NCBI GenBank assembly: GCA_963739695.1
Contig: CAVUBB010000001.1
Span: 34,967 to 98,966, forward strand
Source: an uncultured Pseudomonadota bacterium
GTDB taxonomy: Bacteria > Pseudomonadota > Gammaproteobacteria > Natronospirales > CAVUBB01
Direction of reading: 5' to 3'
DNA: 64,000 nucleotides
Numbering within the stretch: position 1 is the stretch's first letter; every line of letters starts with the position of its first letter. The notes under the pieces are model-generated. The model was given only the letters and a program-made list of their open reading frames with translations. It was not told the origin of the DNA and did no database searches. Made by a program: the position numbers and the translations under genes. Below, in pieces: positions 46,784 through 58,236 of the stretch.

Positions 46784-47571
46784 CAGGCCGTCTCCGCCGG
46801 ACTCTGCTTGCGATACGCCAGCACCAACAGGACGATGCCGGCGACGATCAATGGCACGGACAGTACCTGACCCATGGTCACCCAGCCGAAGGCGAGATAG
46901 CCGAGCTGGATATCGGGTACGCGCACGAACTCCACCAGGAAACGGAAGCAGCCATAGAGCAGCGCGAACAGGCCCGATACCGCCATGCGCGGACGCGGAC
47001 GAGCCGAGAACCACCACAGCACCGTGAACAGGACCACGCCTTCGAGCGCGAACTCGTAGAGCTGGGACGGGTGGCGGGGTTCGCCACGATAGATCATCGC
47101 CCAGGGCACGTCGGTGACTTTGCCCCACAGTTCGCCGTTGATGAAATTGCCCAGCCTGCCCGCGCCGAGCCCGATCGGGACCACGGGTGCGATGAAGTCG
47201 GTGAGCTGGAAGAAACTGCGCCCGGTCTTGCGCCCGAACAGCCACATGGCCACGAGCACGCCAAGCAGGCCGCCATGGAAGGACATGCCACCTTTCCAGA
47301 CTTCGAAGATCAGCAGCGGGTGCGCCGCATAGAGGGGCAGGTCGTAGAACAGGACGTAGCCGATGCGTCCGCCCAGCACCACGCCCATGGCGACATAGAA
47401 GACGAGGTCGCCGAGCGCGTCAGTCGTCCAGCCGTCGGCACGTCTGTTGATGCGATAGCTCAACAGGCCCCAGCCGCCGGCGAAGCCGACCAGGTACATG
47501 ATGCCGTACCAATGGATCTTGATCGGGCCGAGGTCGAGCGCGACCGGGTCGATGTTCGGATAGGGGATCAT
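46783..47571 (-). CDS. lgt: Prolipoprotein diacylglyceryl transferase
   Basis: Lgt blocks are present: [22 protein letters not shown] and [10 protein letters not shown]. The lgt-thyA linkage is as in E. coli. Confidence 0.95.
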   Translation of the reverse strand: MIPYPNIDPVALDLGPIKIHWYGIMYLVGFAGGWGLLSYRINRRADGWTTDALGDLVFYVAMGVVLGGRIGYVLFYDLPLYAAHPLLIFEVWKGGMSFHGGLLGVLVAMWLFGRKTGRSFFQLTDFIAPVVPIGLGAGRLGNFINGELWGKVTDVPWAMIYRGEPRHPSQLYEFALEGVVLFTVLWWFSARPRPRMAVSGLFALLYGCFRFLVEFVRVPDIQLGYLAFGWVTMGQVLSVPLIVAGIVLLVLAYRKQSPAETA

Positions 47572-47613
47572 GGCGGGGAAGTTTATCAGGTCGGCGCGTG
47601 CTGTGCGCGCCGC

Positions 47614-48801
47614 TCAGCCACTCACCACGCGCACGAAACAGGCCTTGAGATAGTCCGTCTCGCGGATCGCGGGATGCACCGGATGATCGGGCCCCTGGCC
47701 GCCGAACTCGAGGATGGCGGCATGGCGGTTGAGGTGGCGCGACGCGCCCTGGATGACCTCCACCAGGGCCTCGCGCCCGAGATGGTAGGAGCATGAGGCG
47801 GAGACCAGGATGCCGTCACGCGGCAGCAGTTGCATGGCGAGCTGGTTCAGACGCCGGTAGGCCTGCGTACCCGCTTCCATATCCTTCTTGCGCTTGATGA
47901 AGGCGGGCGGGTCGACGATGACCACGTCAAAGCGTTCGTCGCCGTCGCGCAGTTGGCGCATGGCCTCGAAGGCATCACCTTCGAGTGTAGCGATCTCCAC
48001 GCCGTTGCGCTCGCCGTTGGCGCGCGCCGAGGCCAGGGCATCGCTGGAGGCATCCACGCAGAGGACTTCGCTGGCGCCATCGAGCGCGGCGCGCACACCC
48101 CAGGCGCCGACGTAGCTGAACACGTCGAGCACGCGCGCGCCGCGCACGTAACGGCCGAGACGGGCGCGGTTGTCGCGCTGATCGAAGAACCAGCCGGTCT
48201 TCTGGCCGCCTGCGAGGCTGACGCTGAAGCGGGCGTCGCCTTCGCGCACCTCGACCTGCTCCGGGACTTCGCCCGCAGCGGTCTCGACGTAGCGCGTGAG
48301 GCCTTCCATCTCACGGATGCTGCTGTCGTTGCGCAGGAGGATGCCGCGGGGCTTGAGGACTTTGGTGAGCGCGTCGATCACCTCGCTGCGCATGGCTTCC
48401 ATGCCCGCAGTGGTGATCTGCGCGACCAGGACATCGTCGTAGCGGTCCACCACCAGGCCGGGCAGGCCGTCGGATTCGCCATAGACCAGGCGGTAGAAGG
48501 GGGCCGCGTAAATGCGCTCGCGCAGGGCCAGGGCGATGTTCAGCCGATGCACGATCAGCGAAGCCGATGGCGGATGCGCCGGGTCGCGGCTCATCAGGCG
48601 GGCGCAGATCAGCGAATGCGGGTTCACATAGCCCGTGCCGATGGGGCGGCCGTCGGCGCCCTGGACTTCGACGATGTCGCCCGGCGCGAACGCCTTGAGC
48701 GGGCTGCGCCGGTTGTCGACCTCGTTGCTGAAGACCCAGTCGTGACCGGCCCGCAGGCGGCGGTCTTCACGCTTGTTGAGGATCAGTGCGGGCAGGGTCA
48801 T
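47614..48801 (-). CDS. rlmI: Class I SAM-dependent 23S rRNA (m5C) methyltransferase, RlmI-like (PUA + MTase)
   Basis: The N-terminal PUA-like region is KREDRRLRAGHDWVF. The SAM motif is VLDVFSYVGAWG and the catalytic region is DPPAF. Confidence 0.8.
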   Translation of the reverse strand: MTLPALILNKREDRRLRAGHDWVFSNEVDNRRSPLKAFAPGDIVEVQGADGRPIGTGYVNPHSLICARLMSRDPAHPPSASLIVHRLNIALALRERIYAAPFYRLVYGESDGLPGLVVDRYDDVLVAQITTAGMEAMRSEVIDALTKVLKPRGILLRNDSSIREMEGLTRYVETAAGEVPEQVEVREGDARFSVSLAGGQKTGWFFDQRDNRARLGRYVRGARVLDVFSYVGAWGVRAALDGASEVLCVDASSDALASARANGERNGVEIATLEGDAFEAMRQLRDGDERFDVVIVDPPAFIKRKKDMEAGTQAYRRLNQLAMQLLPRDGILVSASCSYHLGREALVEVIQGASRHLNRHAAILEFGGQGPDHPVHPAIRETDYLKACFVRVVSG

Positions 48802-48968
48802 GAGTGGTTCCTGTCGGTTAAAATCCGGTAAATATCACTATCTCGCCGCTAGAATTGGTTAATTTTCGAGAAATGCGCTAATCGGAAATATCCAGGCGGC
48901 TTTGGTCGGAGGGAAGCCTTCCGATATAGTGGTCGGCCGCTATTCTACCAGCCCGGAGTAAGCGCGGC

Positions 48969-50993
48969 ATGCCGGCCGATCCCCAGCCACACAACTCTCT
49001 CGGTGCAGAGCCGAGCCTCTATCTGCGCCAGCACGCGGACAATCCGGTGCACTGGCATCCGTGGAGCGAAGCGGCGCTGGCCGAAGCCCGGCGCACGGGC
49101 AGGCCCATCCTGCTTTCCATCGGCTATGCGGCCTGTCACTGGTGCCATGTGATGGCGCACGAGTCTTTCGAAGACCCGGCTACCGCGAAGTTGATGAACG
49201 CGCACTTCGTAAATATCAAGGTGGATCGCGAAGAACGGCCCGATCTCGATCGCACCTATCAGCTCGCACACCAGCTCATCACCGGACGCCCCGGCGGGTG
49301 GCCGTTGACGCTGTTTCTCGACCCCGACGATCTTGCGCCGTTCTTCGCCGGTACCTATTTCCCGGCAGATGCGCGCTACGGCATGCCCGCATTCACCACG
49401 GTGCTCGAACGCGTTGCCGAATGGTATGCCGCGGCCGGCGCTGAGCGGGCCGACATAGCGGCGCGTGTGCGCTCCGCGCTCGAGGAGATCGCACGTGCCG
49501 AGCCGGCCGCGCTCGATGCCTGCGCCTGGCGCGACGCCGCCGTCGCGGAACTGGCGGCCCAGTTCGACCGGGAACATGCCGGCTTCGGTCGCGCACAGAA
49601 ATTTCCGCGTGCTCCCGCACTCGAGCTGCTGCGTACCTCGAGTCGGGACACGCGCATGGCCGAGATATCGGAACGGACTCTGCACGCGATGGCGCGGGGC
49701 GGTGTGCACGATCATGTCGGGGGCGGCTTCTTCCGCTATACCGTCGATCGCGAGTGGGAGATCCCGCATTTCGAAAAGATGCTGTATGACAACGCATTGC
49801 TGCTGGGTCTGTACGCACAAGCGTGGCGCGAGAGGCCGACACCTGAACATGCCGATGCAGCGCGCGGTATCGTGCGCTGGGTGCGGGCCGAGATGCGCGC
49901 GCCGGGGGGCGCGTTCTATTCCAGCCTGGATGCCGACAGCGCCGGCGGGGAAGGCGCCTATTACACTTGGACTCCGACCGAGATCGAGGCGCTGCTCGCA
50001 CCGCCTGCGCGCAGCCTGGTGAGCGCGCGCTTCGGCCTGGACAGACCCGCGAATTTCGACGGTCGCTGGCATCTGCGGGTGGTGGACTCCGATGGCGTGC
50101 GTGCGGACGTATGTGGCGCCGACGCGCAGATACTTGCCGAGGCGATGGCACTATTGCGTCGTGCGCGTGCCGCACGCGCGCGTCCCCCGCGTGATGAGAA
50201 GGTGCTGGCGGCCTGGAACGCGATGCTGGTGGATGCGCTGGCACGGGCCGGCGAGATATTTACCGAACCGGAATGGGTCGTGCTCGCCAGGACGGCTTTC
50301 GACTTCCTGCGCGCGAAACTGTGGCGCGACAGCACACTGTTCGCCGTGTGGGCCGGCGGCAAGGCCTATAACCCTGCTTATCTTGACGACTATGCCTGGA
50401 TGCTACGCGCGAGTCTTAGCCTGCTGGAGCGGCGCTGGTGCGGCGACGACCTTGCCTTCGCCTGCGCACTCGCCGATGCCCTGCTCGATCGCTTCGCGGA
50501 TGCCGACGACGGTGGCCTGTGGTTCACGGCGCGCGAGCAGCCCGTGCGCCTGGCGCGGCCGCGTGGCGGCATGGACGACGCCACACCGGCCGGGGCGGCG
50601 GTTGCAGCGTCGGCTCTATACCGTCTCGGCGAGCTCTGCGGCGATCTCCGCTATATGGAGCAGGCACGGCGCGCGCTGGAAGCGCTGGGCGGGCAGATCG
50701 CCGCGCAGCCGTCGGCGCATGCGGCGATGATCGGCGCGGCGCTGGAAGTGGATGGCGGACTGACCCAAGTGATCCTGCGCGGGGAGCCGGAGCATCTGGC
50801 CGAGTGGCGCACGGCGATCGCAGCGACACAGGCCAGGCCCGCAGTGTATGCGATTCCGGCCTCGGCCACGGATCTGCCGGCATATATCGCCGCGATGCCA
50901 TGCGCCGGTCCGGTCGCGGCCTATGTCTGTCGCGCAGGGCGGTGTTCGCCGCCGGTAGCCGAACTCGAGGCGGTGCTCAGGCAGCTGGCTTGA
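48969..50993 (+). CDS. Thioredoxin-domain (DUF255) / six-hairpin glycosidase-like protein (YyaL/SPATA20 family)
   Basis: The N-terminal block HWHPWSEAALAEARRTGRPILLSIGYAACHWCHVMAHESF is typical of DUF255, followed by an alpha-toroid-like region of about 450 aa. Confidence 0.8.
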   Translation: MPADPQPHNSLGAEPSLYLRQHADNPVHWHPWSEAALAEARRTGRPILLSIGYAACHWCHVMAHESFEDPATAKLMNAHFVNIKVDREERPDLDRTYQLAHQLITGRPGGWPLTLFLDPDDLAPFFAGTYFPADARYGMPAFTTVLERVAEWYAAAGAERADIAARVRSALEEIARAEPAALDACAWRDAAVAELAAQFDREHAGFGRAQKFPRAPALELLRTSSRDTRMAEISERTLHAMARGGVHDHVGGGFFRYTVDREWEIPHFEKMLYDNALLLGLYAQAWRERPTPEHADAARGIVRWVRAEMRAPGGAFYSSLDADSAGGEGAYYTWTPTEIEALLAPPARSLVSARFGLDRPANFDGRWHLRVVDSDGVRADVCGADAQILAEAMALLRRARAARARPPRDEKVLAAWNAMLVDALARAGEIFTEPEWVVLARTAFDFLRAKLWRDSTLFAVWAGGKAYNPAYLDDYAWMLRASLSLLERRWCGDDLAFACALADALLDRFADADDGGLWFTAREQPVRLARPRGGMDDATPAGAAVAASALYRLGELCGDLRYMEQARRALEALGGQIAAQPSAHAAMIGAALEVDGGLTQVILRGEPEHLAEWRTAIAATQARPAVYAIPASATDLPAYIAAMPCAGPVAAYVCRAGRCSPPVAELEAVLRQLA

Positions 50994-53829
50994 CCGCGAC
51001 GGCGGTGCGGCGGACGTAAGGATCCTGCAGCATGTCGCGCACCCAGCCTTGCGGGGTGTGCCGGATCATGTAGGTCGGCCAGTAACGCAGATCCAGCTTG
51101 AGCGTGATCACCTGTACCTGACCTTGCCAGTCCACGGTCTTTAAACGCACCGCTTCGCGGTCGTGCTTCTTGCTCACCACGTCGAGGAAGCTGTCGAGGC
51201 TCGGCGTCGGTTGGCCGTCCACCGCGACGATGCGCAGACCGGGCGCCAGCCCATAGCGACTGGCCGGACTGCCATAACTGAAGTAGCCCACCAGCACACC
51301 GGTTCGCGGGATACCGCGTTGGGCGGCCACGGCCCGGTGCGGCTTTTGCAGCAGCGCGCCGCCCCAGAGCAGGATCCGTTCCGTCCCGCGCCCGTCGAGT
51401 GCGTCGGTGGGGACCTCGAGCTCGTGCACTTTGCCGTCGCGCAGGATCGTGAGCTTCGCCACCGGCGTCTGACTCGCGCGTTCCATCTCGGCGAAGGTGT
51501 GGATGGGCCGGGCCGCCATGGCGAGCAGTATGTCACCGTCCTGCAGCATCTTTTCCGCCGGACTGCCCGCGGTGATTCGGACCACCGAGAGCAACTGTCT
51601 AAGATCTGGATCCGACACCTCGAAACGCTTCGCCCAGGCGGCGGGCAGACCGAGCTTGCGCGCGCTGGCGAGCGGCAGCACGGTGAATTCAGCGTCCAGC
51701 GTACGCAGCGGCGCGGCCCCGGGGAGCGCGAGCCGGGCGAGATCGCGAAGCAGGTAAGCGGGGATGCCGCTGGTGGTCTGGTGGATGCGCGAGCCACCCT
51801 GATAGGCGAAGCTCGCCCACATGGCGACGACGCGGCCGCGGCGGTCGGCGAGCACGCCGTCCACATCGTCGGGTGCGTTGACCACGCTGTAGGTCTCGAG
51901 ATTGGTATCGCGGAAGCGGAAGGTACGCGAGAGCGGGAACATCACCGGATCTTCGGAAGCGATCTGCGTGGCCTGACTGGCCAGCGTCTGGTCCGGCTTG
52001 AAGCCGATAACCCAGACGTCGTCGCCGGGCTGTGCCGTGCGCGTGGCGAAGCGCGCCGCGCGCACGGGCGTGTCGCCGAGCAGCTTCGGATCGTAGGAGA
52101 TCACCGCAAGATCGTGCAGCGGATGCACGTAGACCACCTTGCCCGGAATCTCCACCGATCCGGCAAAGGTCAGGTGCACATCGCCAAGGCCCACCGGCAC
52201 GGTGTTGCGGTCCACCGCCACCAGACCGTGGCGGGCATCGATGACGATACCGGTGCCGGCATAATGCGTGCTTTCGACGCCGTCCGGTTGGTAGGGCATG
52301 TCGAAGTTCACGAATACCAGCGAGGGCGCGAGCGCCTGTGCACGCGGATCGGCGTAGTGCGGGAATGTGACCGTCACCGGCTTGGGCGGCGCCACTTCGC
52401 CTGCTTTGGGCAGCGCGGTGCATGGCCAGGTTCCGGTGCCGTCGTCGCGCTCGCAGCGGCGCGCGGGAAACCAGCGCCGGTCCACGGTGATCGAGCCCAG
52501 GATCGGGTGCTGCGGGTCATCCGGCTCGAAGAAGCGCAGCCGTACCCGGGCACCATCGTCGAGCGTCTCCAGCGCGGCCTGCAGATCGTCGAGCGTATCC
52601 ACCGGCTTGCCATCGAAGGCCACCACCACATCGCCGCGCTCGATGCCGGCAGTGGAAAACGCATAGCCCGGATCGGCCACGAATACTCCCTTGGGGGCGA
52701 CGTTGAGACTGCGTGCCTGCTGGTAGGAAAGACGGTTCAATACGGCGCCGCCGAACTGCAGGAAACTCGCCGGCGAGATCGCGTGCAGGTCACGCACCGC
52801 CAGGTCGACGTGCATCGGCTTGCCGCCGCGCTCGATATCCAGACCCACCTTGTCGCCGACGTTGCCGTCGAGCGCATCTTCGAGCGGGTCGAACCGCGTC
52901 AGGGCGTGGCCGTCCACTCGCACCAGGATATCGCCCGGTTGCAGGCTGCCGTCCGCCGGGCCGCCGGGGATGACCTGGTCCACCACCAGCATCCCGGTCT
53001 GACGCGGGAAGGCTTTGCGCGTCGCGGCCTCGGTGGCGGGGCGCAGGCCGAGGCGGCGCAATTCGTCATAGGCCTGAAACGAGAATACCGTCTCGATGGT
53101 GCCGCGCGGGATCGGCTGGCGAGCCTGGATCAGGCGCAAGGCGCGGCGCACGCGTTCCAGAGGCAGGAAGAAACTGGACGCGGCACCCACGCGCGCGCCG
53201 GCATTCAGTGCGATCGCCTCGCCATCGATATTGACCACGGGTGAGCCGGAGGAGCCGCCCGAGGTGCCGGAGGCGGCCTGGTAATAGAACGTGTTGAAGT
53301 CGTTGTAACTGCCACGGCCGTAGTCGGGTGCTTCGCGATCAAGACGGGCGAGGGTGCCGCTGAGGATGGACAGCTGTTCGCCGGCGTCGTTGCCGACTAC
53401 GCGGATGTCTTCGCCGACGTGGGCATCTTCCGGAGCCAATGGCAGGCTCACCGGGTTGCTGAAATGCAGATCCTTCGGGTCGTAGTGGTAGAAGCCGAAG
53501 TCATGGACGGGATCGCGGTAGATCGGCGTGAGGGCGACTTCTTCGTGATTCTCGAAAACAGCTTCGGCGACGACCGGGCCTGGTTGTACGACATGCCGGT
53601 TGGTGAGGATGATGCCGCGCTTGGCGTCCACCACGAATCCGGTGGCCTGACCGCTCAGGTTCCATTCGGTGTCGAAGGCACGGGTGGCATCTACCCTGAT
53701 GCTGACCACCGCGCTCGAAACTCGATGCAAGGTCTTCGACCAGGCGTCGTCGATGCGGTCGGCGGCCAGCGCCGCCAGCGGCAGGAGCGAAAGGAGAGCG
53801 ACAGGAGTCGCACGGATCAGACGGCGCAT
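50977..53829 (-). CDS. Large secreted trypsin-like serine protease with multiple PDZ domains (Nma111/HtrA-like)
   Basis: It has a signal peptide (MRRLIRATPVALLSLLPLAALAA), catalytic motifs (TNRHVV, GTSGGSSGSPVV) and several PDZ-like segments. The start is set at ATG 53829 inside ORF 50977..54030. Confidence 0.85.
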   Translation of the reverse strand: MRRLIRATPVALLSLLPLAALAADRIDDAWSKTLHRVSSAVVSIRVDATRAFDTEWNLSGQATGFVVDAKRGIILTNRHVVQPGPVVAEAVFENHEEVALTPIYRDPVHDFGFYHYDPKDLHFSNPVSLPLAPEDAHVGEDIRVVGNDAGEQLSILSGTLARLDREAPDYGRGSYNDFNTFYYQAASGTSGGSSGSPVVNIDGEAIALNAGARVGAASSFFLPLERVRRALRLIQARQPIPRGTIETVFSFQAYDELRRLGLRPATEAATRKAFPRQTGMLVVDQVIPGGPADGSLQPGDILVRVDGHALTRFDPLEDALDGNVGDKVGLDIERGGKPMHVDLAVRDLHAISPASFLQFGGAVLNRLSYQQARSLNVAPKGVFVADPGYAFSTAGIERGDVVVAFDGKPVDTLDDLQAALETLDDGARVRLRFFEPDDPQHPILGSITVDRRWFPARRCERDDGTGTWPCTALPKAGEVAPPKPVTVTFPHYADPRAQALAPSLVFVNFDMPYQPDGVESTHYAGTGIVIDARHGLVAVDRNTVPVGLGDVHLTFAGSVEIPGKVVYVHPLHDLAVISYDPKLLGDTPVRAARFATRTAQPGDDVWVIGFKPDQTLASQATQIASEDPVMFPLSRTFRFRDTNLETYSVVNAPDDVDGVLADRRGRVVAMWASFAYQGGSRIHQTTSGIPAYLLRDLARLALPGAAPLRTLDAEFTVLPLASARKLGLPAAWAKRFEVSDPDLRQLLSVVRITAGSPAEKMLQDGDILLAMAARPIHTFAEMERASQTPVAKLTILRDGKVHELEVPTDALDGRGTERILLWGGALLQKPHRAVAAQRGIPRTGVLVGYFSYGSPASRYGLAPGLRIVAVDGQPTPSLDSFLDVVSKKHDREAVRLKTVDWQGQVQVITLKLDLRYWPTYMIRHTPQGWVRDMLQDPYVRRTAVAVKPAA

Positions 53830-53851
53830 CGCGACCTCCGTTGCCCCGAGT

Positions 53852-54784
53852 TCAGAAGCGGTAGTCGAAGGCGCGCTCGAACCGGTCCGCGAATTCCTCG
53901 GGCGTGAAATGATGGTTCTGGGTGCCGGCGTGTTCGATCTTGATCGAACCGAGCAGAGAGGCGATGTTGCCGGTGGTCTGCCAGTCCATGTCGTTGAGCA
54001 GACCATAGAGCAGGCCGGCGCGGTAGGCATCGCCGCAGCCGGTAGGATCGACCTCCACCTGCGCAGCCACCACGCCGATATCGGTGCGTCGGTTGTCGTG
54101 ATAGATGACCGAGCCCTTCGCGCCGCCGGTGATGATCAACGCATCCACTCGTTCCGCGATCTGGTAAGGGGTGAGCCCGGTGCGTTGATGCAGCAGCTCG
54201 CCTTCGTAATCGTTGACCGTGACCCATTTCGCCAGATCGATGAACGCGAGCAGTTCTTCGCCGTCGAACATGGGCAGACCCTGGCCCGGATCGAAGATGA
54301 AGGGTATGCCCGCAGCCGCGAACTGGTGAGCGTGATCGAGCATGCCGTCGCGCCCGTCGGGGGCGACGATACCGACGCTCACGCCGGCATCGGCCGGCAC
54401 TTCGTTGAGGTGCGAGGAATTCATCGCGCCCGGATGGAATGCCGTGATCTGATTATCGCTCAGGTCAGTGGTTATATAGGCTTGGGCGGTATAGGTATCG
54501 GGGACCTCGCGTATGAAGCGGCGGTCGATACCGTGGCGGTCCATCCATTCCGCATAGGCGGCGAAGTCGTTGCCCACAGTGCCCATCGGCCAGCCTTCGC
54601 CGCCCAGGAGCGCGAGGTTGTATGCGATATTGCCGGCGCAGCCGCCGAATTCCCGGCGCAGTTGCGGCACCAGGAACGAGACGTTGAGCATGTGGACCTT
54701 GTCGGGAAGGATGTGGTCCCGGAAACGGCCGTCGAACACCATGATGGTGTCGAAGGCGAGGGAACCGCAGATCAATGCCGACAT
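53852..54784 (-). CDS. PfkB-family carbohydrate/nucleoside kinase
   Basis: The blocks GGCAGNIAYNLALLG and the C-terminal anion-hole motif DPTGCGDAYRAG are present. The start is set at MSALICG (54784). Confidence 0.85.
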   Translation of the reverse strand: MSALICGSLAFDTIMVFDGRFRDHILPDKVHMLNVSFLVPQLRREFGGCAGNIAYNLALLGGEGWPMGTVGNDFAAYAEWMDRHGIDRRFIREVPDTYTAQAYITTDLSDNQITAFHPGAMNSSHLNEVPADAGVSVGIVAPDGRDGMLDHAHQFAAAGIPFIFDPGQGLPMFDGEELLAFIDLAKWVTVNDYEGELLHQRTGLTPYQIAERVDALIITGGAKGSVIYHDNRRTDIGVVAAQVEVDPTGCGDAYRAGLLYGLLNDMDWQTTGNIASLLGSIKIEHAGTQNHHFTPEEFADRFERAFDYRF

Positions 54785-54801
54785 GCTCTTTCTCCGCCGC
54801 T

Positions 54802-56256
54802 TCAGGCTGATTCGGGCTTCCACGCCAGATCGAGCTGGCGTGCCGCGCGCACGTCGTCCAGCCTGCGTACCGGCAGAGTGTATGGCGCTCCGCGCACGGT
54901 ATCGGGCTCGCTCTCGGCTTCGGCGCGGATCTTCACCATGGCGTCGATGAAGCCATCGAGTGCTTCGCGCGCCTCGGTCTCGGTGGGCTCGATGAGCAGG
55001 CACTCGGGGACCAGCAGCGGGAAGTAGGTGGTGGGCGCATGGAAGCCATAGTCGAGCAAGCGCTTGGCAAAGTCCATGGCGTTGACGCTCAGATCCCTGG
55101 CCTGGCGCTTGAGGGTGACGATGAATTCGTGGCTTGCGCGCCGTTGCGGGTAGGCCAGGTCGAAACCGGCATCGCGCAGCTTGACCATCATGTAGTTGGC
55201 ATTGAGAGTGGAGAACTCGGCCACGCGCTTCATGCCCTCGCGGCCGAGCAGGCGCGCATAGACGTAAGCGCGCAGCAAGACGCCGGCATTGCCCATGAAT
55301 GCCGACAGGCGGCCGATGCTCTGCGGCAGATCCTTCTCGGTGAGCCAGCGATAGCTGTCGCCCTCGCGCCCGACCACAGGGATGGGCATGAAGGGCAGCA
55401 GGCGTTCGCCCACACCGATCGCGCCCGCACCCGGACCGCCACCGCCGTGCGGGGTGGAGAAAGTCTTGTGCAGGTTCATGTGCATCACGTCGAAGCCCAT
55501 GTCGCCCGGACGCACCTTGCCGAGGATGGCGTTGAGGTTGGCGCCGTCATAGTAGAGCAGGCCGCCGGCGTCATGGACGATGTCGGCGATGTCCTTGATC
55601 TTGCGCTCGAACACGCCCAGCGTGGACGGATTGGTGAGCATGATCCCGGCCGTCTTCGGCCCCACCGCGGCCTTCAGTGCATCCAGATCGACGTCGCCGT
55701 CCTTGTTGGTGGGCAGTTCCTTCACGGTGCAGCCGCACATCACTGCGGTCGCCGGGTTGGTGCCGTGCGCGGCGTCGGGCACCAGCACTTCGGTGCGTTC
55801 GGTGTCGCCGCGTGCCTGGTGATAGGCGCGGATCATGGCCATGCCGGCGAACTCGCCCTGGGCACCGGCCATCGGTGTCAGCGAGACGCCCTTCATGCCG
55901 GTGACTTCCCTGAGCATCTCCTGCAGTTCGAACATGCACGCGAGAAAGCCCTGGCCGTGCTTCTCCGGCGCCAGCGGATGGCGGGCGAGCAGTTCGGGCA
56001 GCATCGCCAGCGTGTGGCATGCGCGAGGGTTGTACTTCATGGTGCACGAACCCAGCGGATAGAAATGCGTATCGATGGAGAAGTTCTTCTGCGACAGGCG
56101 CGTATAGTGGCGCACCACCTGCAGTTCGGAGACTTGGGGCAGCGCGGGCGGCTCGTCGCGAAGCAGCTGGGCTGGTATGCCCTCGACCGCTGCGGCTTGC
56201 AGCGGTGCCTGCGCCGTCGCGCGCCGGCCGGGCCGCGAGTGTTCGAAGATCAGCAT
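54802..56256 (-). CDS. gcvPB: Glycine dehydrogenase (decarboxylating) subunit 2
   Basis: The blocks [13 protein letters not shown] and the PLP-lysine region [16 protein letters not shown] are present. The start is set at MLIFEHS (56256). Confidence 0.95.
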   Translation of the reverse strand: MLIFEHSRPGRRATAQAPLQAAAVEGIPAQLLRDEPPALPQVSELQVVRHYTRLSQKNFSIDTHFYPLGSCTMKYNPRACHTLAMLPELLARHPLAPEKHGQGFLACMFELQEMLREVTGMKGVSLTPMAGAQGEFAGMAMIRAYHQARGDTERTEVLVPDAAHGTNPATAVMCGCTVKELPTNKDGDVDLDALKAAVGPKTAGIMLTNPSTLGVFERKIKDIADIVHDAGGLLYYDGANLNAILGKVRPGDMGFDVMHMNLHKTFSTPHGGGGPGAGAIGVGERLLPFMPIPVVGREGDSYRWLTEKDLPQSIGRLSAFMGNAGVLLRAYVYARLLGREGMKRVAEFSTLNANYMMVKLRDAGFDLAYPQRRASHEFIVTLKRQARDLSVNAMDFAKRLLDYGFHAPTTYFPLLVPECLLIEPTETEAREALDGFIDAMVKIRAEAESEPDTVRGAPYTLPVRRLDDVRAARQLDLAWKPESA

Positions 56257-56284
56257 GGATGGATCGCCCACGTCCCGTCTCTCC

Positions 56285-56785
56285 TTAGCCCAGCGCCTTG
56301 AGCGCTGCTTCGTAATCCGGCTCGTGGCCGATCTCGGGCACGAGCTGGCGATAGACGACGGTGTTGTTCTCGTCGAGCACCACCACAGCGCGCGCGGTGA
56401 TGCCGGCGAGCGGACCGTCCTCGATGAGCACACCGTAATCGGTGGCGAACTCGCGTCCGCGCATCAGCGAAAGATTGATCACATTATCGAGACCTTCGTC
56501 GCCGCAGAAACGGCTCATGGCGAAGGGCAGGTCGGCCGAGATCATCAGCATCACGGTGTCTTCATGCTCGCGCGCATAGTTGTTGAACTTGCGCGTGGAT
56601 TCGGCACACACCGGGGTGTCGAGGCTGGGCACGATATTGAGCAGCTTCTTCTTGCCCTCGAAATTGTCGAGGGTGACGTCCTGCAGGCCTTTGTCGACCA
56701 GACGGAACTCGGGCGCGCTGCTGCCTACTTTGGGCAGTTCGCCGTTGGTGTGGATCTCGTTGCCTTGCAGTGTGATGGTCGCCAT
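56285..56785 (-). CDS. tpx: Thiol peroxidase (atypical 2-Cys peroxiredoxin)
   Basis: The blocks [16 protein letters not shown] and RFCGDEGL (peroxidatic and resolving Cys) are present, and the size is typical at 166 aa. Confidence 0.9.
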   Translation of the reverse strand: MATITLQGNEIHTNGELPKVGSSAPEFRLVDKGLQDVTLDNFEGKKKLLNIVPSLDTPVCAESTRKFNNYAREHEDTVMLMISADLPFAMSRFCGDEGLDNVINLSLMRGREFATDYGVLIEDGPLAGITARAVVVLDENNTVVYRQLVPEIGHEPDYEAALKALG

Positions 56786-56816
56786 ATCGATTCTCCTTGC
56801 GGTCGGGCAGGTGCCG

Positions 56817-58190
56817 TCAGGCTACCTGGAGATCACGCAGCACGCGGCTCATGGCTTCGGCGTAGGCTGCGATGTCGGCTTCGGTCTTGGTCTCGGTGGC
56901 GCATACCAGCAATGCTTCGCCGAGATCGGGGTGATAGGGCTTGAGCGCCAGGCCGCCCAGGATGCCTTCGGCCGCGAGCGCGGCGAGTACGGCCTCTACC
57001 GGGCGGTCGAGACGGAGCACGCACTCATGGAAGTGGGGGCTGTCGAACGCGGCCTCGATGCCGTCGAGCGCGGTGAGTCTGGCGACCAGTTCCCGCGTGT
57101 TGGCGAGGCTGGCTGCGGCGACGCGGCGCAGCCCTTCGGCGCCGAGCAGCGACATGTAGATGGTCGCGGCCGTCACCATCAGGCCCTGGTTGGTGCAGAT
57201 GTTCGAAGTGGCCTTGGAGCGGCGGATGTGCTGTTCGCGCGCTTGCAGCGTCAGGGCATAGCCGGTGCGGCCGTCGAGATCGACTGTACGCCCCACGATA
57301 CGTCCGGGCATCTGGCGCACGAACGCCTGTTTGCAGCACATGAACCCGAAGTAGGGGCCGCCGGAAGACAGCGGTACGCCCAGTGGCTGGCCTTCGCCGC
57401 AGGCGATATCGGCACCGGTCTCGCCCCATTCGCCGGGCGGCTTGAGCAGCGCCAGCGATGTGGGGTTCACGCTCGCTATCAGCAGCGCGTCATGCGCATG
57501 CGCCCAATCGGTCAGTTCATCGACCTGTTCGAGCGCACCGAAGAAATTCGGCTGGGCGACGACCAGTGCGGTGAAATCTTCGTCCGCGAAGGCCGCCAGC
57601 GCTTTCGGGTCGATGCGTCCGCTCTCGGGGTCGAAGGGGATGTCGACGAATGCGATGCCCTGGGTGCCGGCGATGTTCTCGGCGACTTCGCGATACAGCG
57701 GGTTGACCGTGCCGGCGACGAGGATGCGGCGGCTCTTCGAGCCGCGATTCGAGCGTACGGCCATCAGGCAGGCTTCGGCGAGCGCCGAGGCGCCGTCGTA
57801 GAGCGAGGCGTTGGAGACTTCCAGGCCCGTGAGCGCGGTCATCATCGACTGGTATTCGTACACCAGTTGCAGCGTGCCCTGGCTGGCTTCCGCTTGATAG
57901 GGCGTGTAGGCGCTGTAGAACTCGCCGCGACCGACGATCTCCCACACGGCGGCCGGGATGTGGTGCTCATAGGCGCCGGCGCCGATGAAGCACGACGGCG
58001 TGCCGTCGGCGTCGGCACGCGCGTGCATGAGCCGCGTGATCTCCATCTCCGAGGCCGCTTCCGGCACCCCGGGGATGTCATCGACACGCAGTGATGCGGG
58101 GATCTCGTCGAACAGTTGCGCGATACTGTCTACGCCGATGGCATCCAGCATCTCGCGGATGTCGCTTTCCGTATGCGGTATGAATGGCAT
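56817..58190 (-). CDS. gcvPA: Glycine dehydrogenase (decarboxylating) subunit 1
   Basis: The blocks [24 protein letters not shown] and [16 protein letters not shown] are present. Confidence 0.95.
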   Translation of the reverse strand: MPFIPHTESDIREMLDAIGVDSIAQLFDEIPASLRVDDIPGVPEAASEMEITRLMHARADADGTPSCFIGAGAYEHHIPAAVWEIVGRGEFYSAYTPYQAEASQGTLQLVYEYQSMMTALTGLEVSNASLYDGASALAEACLMAVRSNRGSKSRRILVAGTVNPLYREVAENIAGTQGIAFVDIPFDPESGRIDPKALAAFADEDFTALVVAQPNFFGALEQVDELTDWAHAHDALLIASVNPTSLALLKPPGEWGETGADIACGEGQPLGVPLSSGGPYFGFMCCKQAFVRQMPGRIVGRTVDLDGRTGYALTLQAREQHIRRSKATSNICTNQGLMVTAATIYMSLLGAEGLRRVAAASLANTRELVARLTALDGIEAAFDSPHFHECVLRLDRPVEAVLAALAAEGILGGLALKPYHPDLGEALLVCATETKTEADIAAYAEAMSRVLRDLQVA

Positions 58191-58236
58191 GGCTGCTTCC
58201 GGTCCAGGGCTCCGGCGTCGCGGCTGCGGCGCCTAA

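Noticed and set aside
51163-53244. Long antisense ORFs opposite well-supported genes. Examples: 51163..53244, 53669..55027, 55039..56301, 56580..58094, 58544..59785, 62137..63906, 32578..33813, 22076..23107, 13310..14341, 14597..15631, 15531..16619, 17523..18722, 8352..9392 and 35006..36103
   Set aside because: Each overlaps a gene with clear catalytic or family motifs on the other strand: PDZ protease, PfkB, gcvPB, gcvPA, gcvT, DUF885, GlcF-like, SrkA, the barrel gene, CopD, the aminotransferase, YihY, S9 peptidase, and rplM/rpsI/tRNA-Gln. Their products are Arg/Ala/Gly/His-rich with no recognisable domains. This is the expected stop-codon depletion of GC-rich antisense frames.
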